A DNA stretch of 57,147 nt, filler included, from Jimgerdemannia flammicorona (lineage: Eukaryota): NCBI GenBank assembly GCA_003990765.1. It is 3 parts of 3 records of this genome, joined end to end, with 100 filler letters (N's around TTAATTAATTAA, not from the genome) between each part and the next. Parts side by side here need not be neighbours in the genome. Positions count along the whole stretch, not along the records: positions 38,172 to 57,147 come from RBNJ01002058.1; 2 more parts are not named here. One strand, given 5' to 3'. Below, in pieces: positions 50,991 to 57,147 of this stretch. The notes under the pieces are model-generated. The model made no database searches. It worked only from the letters and a program-made list of their open reading frames with translations, and was not told the DNA's origin. How positions within the stretch are numbered: the first letter of the stretch is position 1; each line of letters begins with the position of its first letter. The translations under genes were made by a program, and so were the position numbers.

Positions 50991-51793
50991 CGACGCTCCC
51001 CATGTACAACACGTCTAAGCATCATTGCTTTGGTGGTTGTTTGTGCTATGCCTAGTTAACCTCTGCAAGCAGTAACCGACTCGCATCGTTGGCAGCATCA
51101 TATAATTAGAACAGTAATTCAATTTCATTTTCTTTAAAGCTATATGGACTATTGCCCGCACATATTGTCTCCCCCCTCCTCGTAATTCCAAAGGCTTGAA
51201 ATACTGGGCGGGCATCTTCATAAAATATTGAATCGGGTGGGGTGTCGCGTTTTACGAGCATGAATACGGCTTAATTGTATCGTCAAGACTGTGAAAAAAA
51301 AACCCCCCCTTTTCCAAACCAGCTGTCAACCCCGAAGGAAGCCGCTGACCCCCTTAAGAGTAGAATCTAACAAAAGGCAATGCTGAACGATCAAGAGTAT
51401 GTGGCGTCAAATCCGTGCTTTTGGGCATTTCGCATTTCGGCCGTTTGGCAAACGCTCAGTGTTGCATCGTGGTAACATACCGTCAAACACGCACTTGATG
51501 GAATGGGCAATGCGTATATTTGTTTTTTTAGATGTTCGAGTGAGTAGCTGAATTGCAGCGTTGGCAGGCCGCATGTGCTTGTCAGCATAGCGAGTATCCA
51601 CTGTTGTCAAGGTCGTTTGCAATCACTCTGGAGGTGTCTTTAGATGCAACTTTCGGAGGTTACTGTATTCGTAGATAATGCGCGACACTTCGAGCTTCTC
51701 ATATTTGTTCGCGGCAACGTAAGAGCAATGAGGAACAGATTTTATTTATTTATACAATAATTCGATAATTATAAACATCCATTGCGGTTCAAT

Positions 51794-54700
51794 TTACCAT
51801 TCAAGTTTTTTGTCCCCACAACCAGAGCCGCCGCCACACCCGCTTGTTACAACGTCAACACCATCCATCTCACTATCCAGCTCGTTATTGACCCCCTCTA
51901 ACTCTATGGACTTCTTAGCCGTTGAACTCTTTGTAATCATTAGCTTTTTCGTCGACAATACGGAGTTCAATGCCTCCACGGACGGCATCAAGGCGTACAC
52001 CAGTCCGTCGTCGCCAACCTTCACGTCAAACGTCATCAAGCTGTATTTCTCTTCTTCTCCAGGTACCAAGCACTTGCCGCTTGTTAATGAAAAATTCTTC
52101 TTGTGCATGCCGCACGAAACGTAAGGTGTTCCGTCTCCTTGGTCCCCCAGCAGTCCTTGTGATAGAACGAACGCCCGTTTGTGTGGGCACATGTTTTGGG
52201 TGGCGTACCACTTATCTGTCGCGCTGTGGAAAATTGCAATCTGACACTCGCCATACTTAAACGTCTCACCCGAATCCTTCGGGAAGAGATGGGCCGGCCC
52301 GACCGGAACCCAACTCCGTTCGTTGATTGACGAGAAAGTCGGAGATTGCGGCGGGGACGGCAGAGAATCCTTGGGCCAGTTAGTTGGTCGTTGTTGTCCG
52401 CGTTCAGTGATGTACTCGATTTCCTCCTGCCGTTCGTCGGAGTTCACGAACTGCCGGAATTTCTCGCGCCTTACTGGGTCATTCACCACTGCCGCCCATT
52501 CGCATTGATACGTCGATACTAGGTACTCCATCTGCGTCTCCAGCTCCGCAGCGATCCCCAGGCGATCCTCGATGACGACACGCTTGAGGTGTTCGATCCC
52601 ACCTTCCATCTTCTCCAACCAGCGGGCCGTGCGCGTGAGTTTGTCGGCCGTCGAGATGTAGTACATCAGGAAGCGGTCAAGATAGCGGATGCAAAGTTCC
52701 TCGGAGATGTCCGTGGCGAGCAGAACGGCGTGTTTGGGTTTCGCGCCGCCGTTTCCGCACACGTAGAGGTTGTAACCTTTGTCGGTAGCAATGAGCCCAA
52801 AGTCCTTGCTTTGAGCTTCGGCACATTCACGAACGCATCCAGAGACGCCGCCTTTCAGCTAATATGGCGTTGAGTTTAATGGCAGCGGCATTAGATTTCG
52901 AATTTTCTTTGTTACATTGTAGAGGATCGTTTACCAACAAAATCCAAACTCACCTTATGCGGAGATCGCAAACCCTTATATCTGTTCTCGATCTTGACGG
53001 CAAACCCCACGGAATCTCCGATACCGTAACGGCACCAAGTCGAACCAACACAACTCTACGTATCGAACATGAGAAATGATTAGCTCAGAGAGCAAATCTT
53101 TCAGATTGCAGTGTCTTGTGTAATTGCAATGGATCGATGACCCACCTTTACGGTACGAATAGACTTGCCGTATGCCTGTCCGGTCTCAAACCCGCTACGG
53201 ACCAGTTTCTCCCAAATGTCTGGCAAATCTTGCTTCCTTGCGCCAAACATGTCGATGCGCTGACCGCCAGTAATCTTGGTGTAAAGTCCATACTCCTTTG
53301 CAATTTTACCTGACGAATAGGAGGTTGATACGAAATTATGAATTGGGTTCCAACCTTGTACATTTGTATTCATGTCATACAAAACGTTTAAACTTACCAA
53401 TGGCAACAAGCTTTTCCGGCGTAATCTCCCCGGCGGGGACGCGAGGAACAACAGAATAGGTTCCACCTAACAAATTAAAGTTTGTTGTTAGGTCTAACTA
53501 ACACGTAGAGATACATTGTTTGACAATGTCCTAGAAAAGCAACACATACGCACCTCGTTGGATGTTTGCCAAGAAACGATCGTTTGTATCTTGCAATGCC
53601 GTGTGATCTAATACATGATCATTGTAGAGCGATGCTAGGATGGACGCCATGGCTGGCTTGCAGACTTCGCACCCGATGGCGTTGTCAGTTTTCCCAGCTG
53701 CCTGCATGATCTCGGCAAACGTCTTGAGCTTCTTGATCTTAACGATCTCGAACAGTTCAGTGCGCGAGTACTCGAAATGATGGCAAACGTAGTTCTTCAC
53801 GGCGACGCCCATTGCTTTCATCTCGGCCTCGAAGATCTCGGTTACTTGCGGAACGCATCCGCCACATCCTTAACGTGAGAAATACAAACATGTTAAGATC
53901 ACATGGTTGGCTTCATCGAAGGCAAATATCAATAAAAGTGGTCAACCAAGAAGTAGGATGATAGCATACCAGTGCCGGCCTTGGAGCACGACTTCACCTC
54001 GCCGACGCTGGTAAGCTTTTTCTCACGAATGATTTTTCGTATCGTCCCTTTTGTGACATTGTTACACGAACAGACCTGCGCCTCGTCAGGAAGACTGTCT
54101 GCACCCTCGACAGCGCCACCCTTTATGCCAACGATAAGCTCGCCTGGCGGCATCGGAAGCGGCCTCTTCGACTTGCTGAGGGCGTGCAGCTTTGCGTAAT
54201 CGGTCGTGTCGCCGACCATCATACCACCGAGAAGGTGCTTGCCGTCCTTGGAGAAGACGTACTTCTTGTACACTCCACCAAAAGGGTCATTGTACACCAG
54301 CGGCTGCGAGATGTCGGGCCCGGCAAAGTAGTTCCCAAAGCTCGCGACGTGGATTCCGAGAAGCTTGAGTTTGGAGGAGAGGTCGCCACCGGTGAACTTC
54401 TTCTTCTTCGAGGCCAGCTGGTTGCGGTGTGTGGTGAGGTTGCGGGCTACGACTTCAGCCATTTCGTAACCAGGCGCGACGAGGCCGTAAATGGCGCCGC
54501 GGTGGAGCGCGATCTCGCCGACCGCGAAGACATCGTCAGCACTTGTTTCAAGGAGATCATTGACTTGCACACCTCCGCGAGGATGGACGTCAATGCCAGA
54601 GATGCGAGCGACATCGTCCCTTTATGAAGAAATAACAATCTTAAGTGTGTGCGGGACTTTGTTATAAGTAACAAACCAATCTGTAACAACTTAGTAATGA

Positions 54701-55576
54701 GATAAAAGGTACCTCGGACGAATTCCAATCGCAAATACAACCATCGACTCTTCAAGGAAGGTACCATCTTCCAACTTCAAACCCGCCACTGCGGCATTGC
54801 TATCGGGTATAATTTCGACCGGTGCATTACCGAGAGAAAGTTTGATGTTGAGTTTTTCAATCTCTGCTGACAGTAGTAGTGCACCGTCATCATCTAGCTG
54901 CCGCCCCATTAAACGTGGGTTACGTTCAAAGATGGTGACCTGTAGGCCGAGGTCGAGTACGGCCTTGGCAGCTTCGAGGCCTAGCAAACCTCCTCCAACG
55001 ACGGCTGCTGTCTTGACTCCCTTGGCGTATTCGATGATGGAGTCGAGGTCCTCGAGTGTGCGGTAGACGAACACACCTTTTGAATCCATATTGGGACATG
55101 ATGGTGGAAACGCGGCGGAGGATCCGGTAGCGAGAACGCAGTTGTCATAGTCTACTCGATGACCCGATGATGACTCGATCCATTTCTCGGCGTGATTGAC
55201 ATAGGTGGCCTTCTGTCCCAGGTGGACGACAACTTTGTTGGCAGCGTACCATTCGGGAGTTTGCAACAGGAGGCGGGAAGCGTCGCGATGGCTAAAATAT
55301 TGAGTCAAGCCAACACGATTGTAGGCGACTTTGGGTTCGTTCGCAAAGAACAAGTACAGTTATTATCACAAAGCAAAAGATAGAAAGAAAGTAAAAAAGA
55401 AGAATAATAGCTGCAATACCATGAGGCTCTTCACAGAAGACTTCTATCCTGTATGCCTTGTCGGTGTCATACTCTAGGATTTTTTCGATGAACGACAGAC
55501 CTACCATCCCCAAACCCACCACGGCGATAGTCCTTTGGGCTGACAGTGCAGGGTCGTCGAAGTTACTCGGAGGCAT
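51794..55576 (-). CDS. niiA: NAD(P)H-dependent assimilatory nitrite reductase with fused Rieske domain, about 8 exons
   Basis: VVGLGMVG, AYNRVGL, LATGS, VVGGGLLGLEAA, VCSCNNV, GCGGC, GCEVCKP, TNDRFLANIQR, KITGGQRID, CVGSTWCRYG, SGCVRECAEAQSKDFG, CGNGG; Rieske CPHK..CGMH. GT-AG introns. Confidence 0.96.
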
Positions 55577-55789
55577 GCCGAAATTTTTTGTATGTGAGGC
55601 TTTTCCCTAGTTGAAAGAACCCTAAAGACAGAGTTGCGGGTGCAAGGAAAAAAAAAAAAAAAAAAGGAGAACAAGAGCATTTACGCGTTTCACACAAAGT
55701 GACGTCACTCAAGGATATCGCGTGGCTGACGCGTGGCGATTGAGAATTCTTTATTAGAAACCGCCAGTTGAATTTCCTTAAACAGAAGG

Positions 55790-56730
55790 ACTAAAAGATA
55801 ACCGAGATAACAAACATTTGGCAGTTTCCCGGGTCTTGGATGTCCCGAATAGAACTCTTACTTCAGCGAACAGTGCGTGCGATCAGTAGTTTAAAGATAA
55901 CGAGCACTCCGAAACGATTAACTCAGCGCATTGTGCATTGTTTGTTAACAATAACAAGACCGACCCGATTGGCCTGTGCATGGCGTATAATGTTTGTTAA
56001 AGCTACCTTATGTTTGTTAAAAGATAACGAGCACTCCGAAACGATCGACTCAGCGCACTGTGCATTGTTTGTTACCAATAACAAGACTGACCCGATTGAC
56101 CTGTGTAATGTTTGTTAAAGTTTCTCATGTTTGTTAAAAGATAACGAGCACTCCGAAACGATCAACTCGATTGTTTGTTAACAATAGCAAGACCGACCCG
56201 ATTCGCCTGTGCATGCTGTGTAATGTTTGTTAAAGTTATCTCATGTTTGTTAGAGATAACGGTCTGCCGAGTAAACTAATCAGCGGTTCCCGGATGTTTG
56301 TTAATTCTAAAAGATAACGATAGTCCCACAGGCGGAATGTTTGTTAATTCTAAACGATAACGGTACCCCTACAGGCGGAATGCTTGTTAATTCTAAAAGA
56401 GATAACGATACCCCCACAATTGGAATATTTATTAATTCTAAAGATAACGAATACCCCTACAGGTGGAATGTTTGTTAATTTTTAAAAGATAACGATACCC
56501 AGTCAATTCCTTGATCTGTCGTGTTAACGCGATACCCCGGTTCTCCCATATTGACTAAATGAGCGCTCCGTGTAATGTTTGCTAAAGCATTTGGAAAGAT
56601 AACACCAACGCTCCTCTAAATACGGTGCTACGCGCCGAGCTTTCTACCCCAATGCGTACGTGATGGCATATGATCATCCGTGTAATGTTTGTTAAACTGT
56701 TTGGAAAGATAACATCAACGTTCATCTAAA
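55790..56730. promoter_or_regulatory. Tandem-repeat upstream region of nitrite reductase with 13 GATAAC sites (candidate AreA/NIT2-type GATA sites)
   Basis: GATAAC at 55797, 55806, 55896, 56023, 56140, 56255, 56313, 56356, 56401, 56443, 56488, 56598 and 56708, mostly preceded by TGTTTGTTAA, within repeat units of about 120, 44 and 110 bp. Confidence 0.7.
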
Positions 56731-57147
56731 TGCAGTATTACGGATATGGCGGTACCATATGGACTCCGATAGGAGCTTTACAAGATAGTACCACCTTTCA
56801 AGCTCCTTATCGCGAGTTTGCACATTTGCATTTTGCGTCACCTTAAGTGCTGAAAAGTCGCGTGGTGTCTTCCGAATAAACTAGTTTATGATTGGGTGCC
56901 TTCGGCGGCGGTCGTAATCACATGGGTCTAGGCCCAAAGTCTCCCACTATTTATTGTATATACAGTTATCTTCCGCATTCCTGCCGGACAACCCGGCGTT
57001 TGAATTAGATTCTCTATCATGTTTCAAATGTATTTTATCGGGTGTTATTAATCCAGATTTATATCATGTTTAATATCGTTAAACCTCGGATCGATTACTC
57101 GATTGCAACGACCCCTGCGGCTACTAATGTGTTCATTCTTACTGTCT

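Noticed and set aside
56294..56500. Repeat-plus-variable pattern resembling CRISPR
   Set aside because: The variable parts are homologous to each other, so this is a degenerate tandem repeat.

Overview
Eukaryotic (fungal) genomic scaffold with spliceosomal introns and two assembly gaps carrying a TTAATTAATTAA spacer. The 5.8S signature, gene content and TE types suggest an early-diverging fungus, probably Mucoromycota and possibly Endogonales-like (inference). CpG-rich gene blocks alternate with CpG-depleted TE blocks. Genes: YqeY/AIM41-like, a Zn2Cys6 factor, a degenerate rvt-type cellular reverse transcriptase, a six-blade beta-propeller, RPS8, a kinase, ataxin-3/Josephin, a UPF0658-like membrane protein, a sphingomyelin/IPC-synthase-like gene, TRM61/GCD14 and NAD(P)H nitrite reductase. 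TEs: two dUTPase-bearing Ty3/Gypsy elements with an accessory ORF, an L1/Tx1 LINE, a short poly(A) retro-insertion, a related LTR and hAT relics. Highlights are (1) a broken rvt gene spread over several frames, (2) a dispersed rDNA copy with a steep gradient of RIP-like C>T/G>A mutation not limited to CpG, (3) Gypsy elements sharing an unknown accessory ORF, one apparently inside a 1.5-kb LTR, and (4) a nitrite-reductase promoter built from tandem GATAAC repeats. All family calls come from motif recognition by eye; no searches were run.
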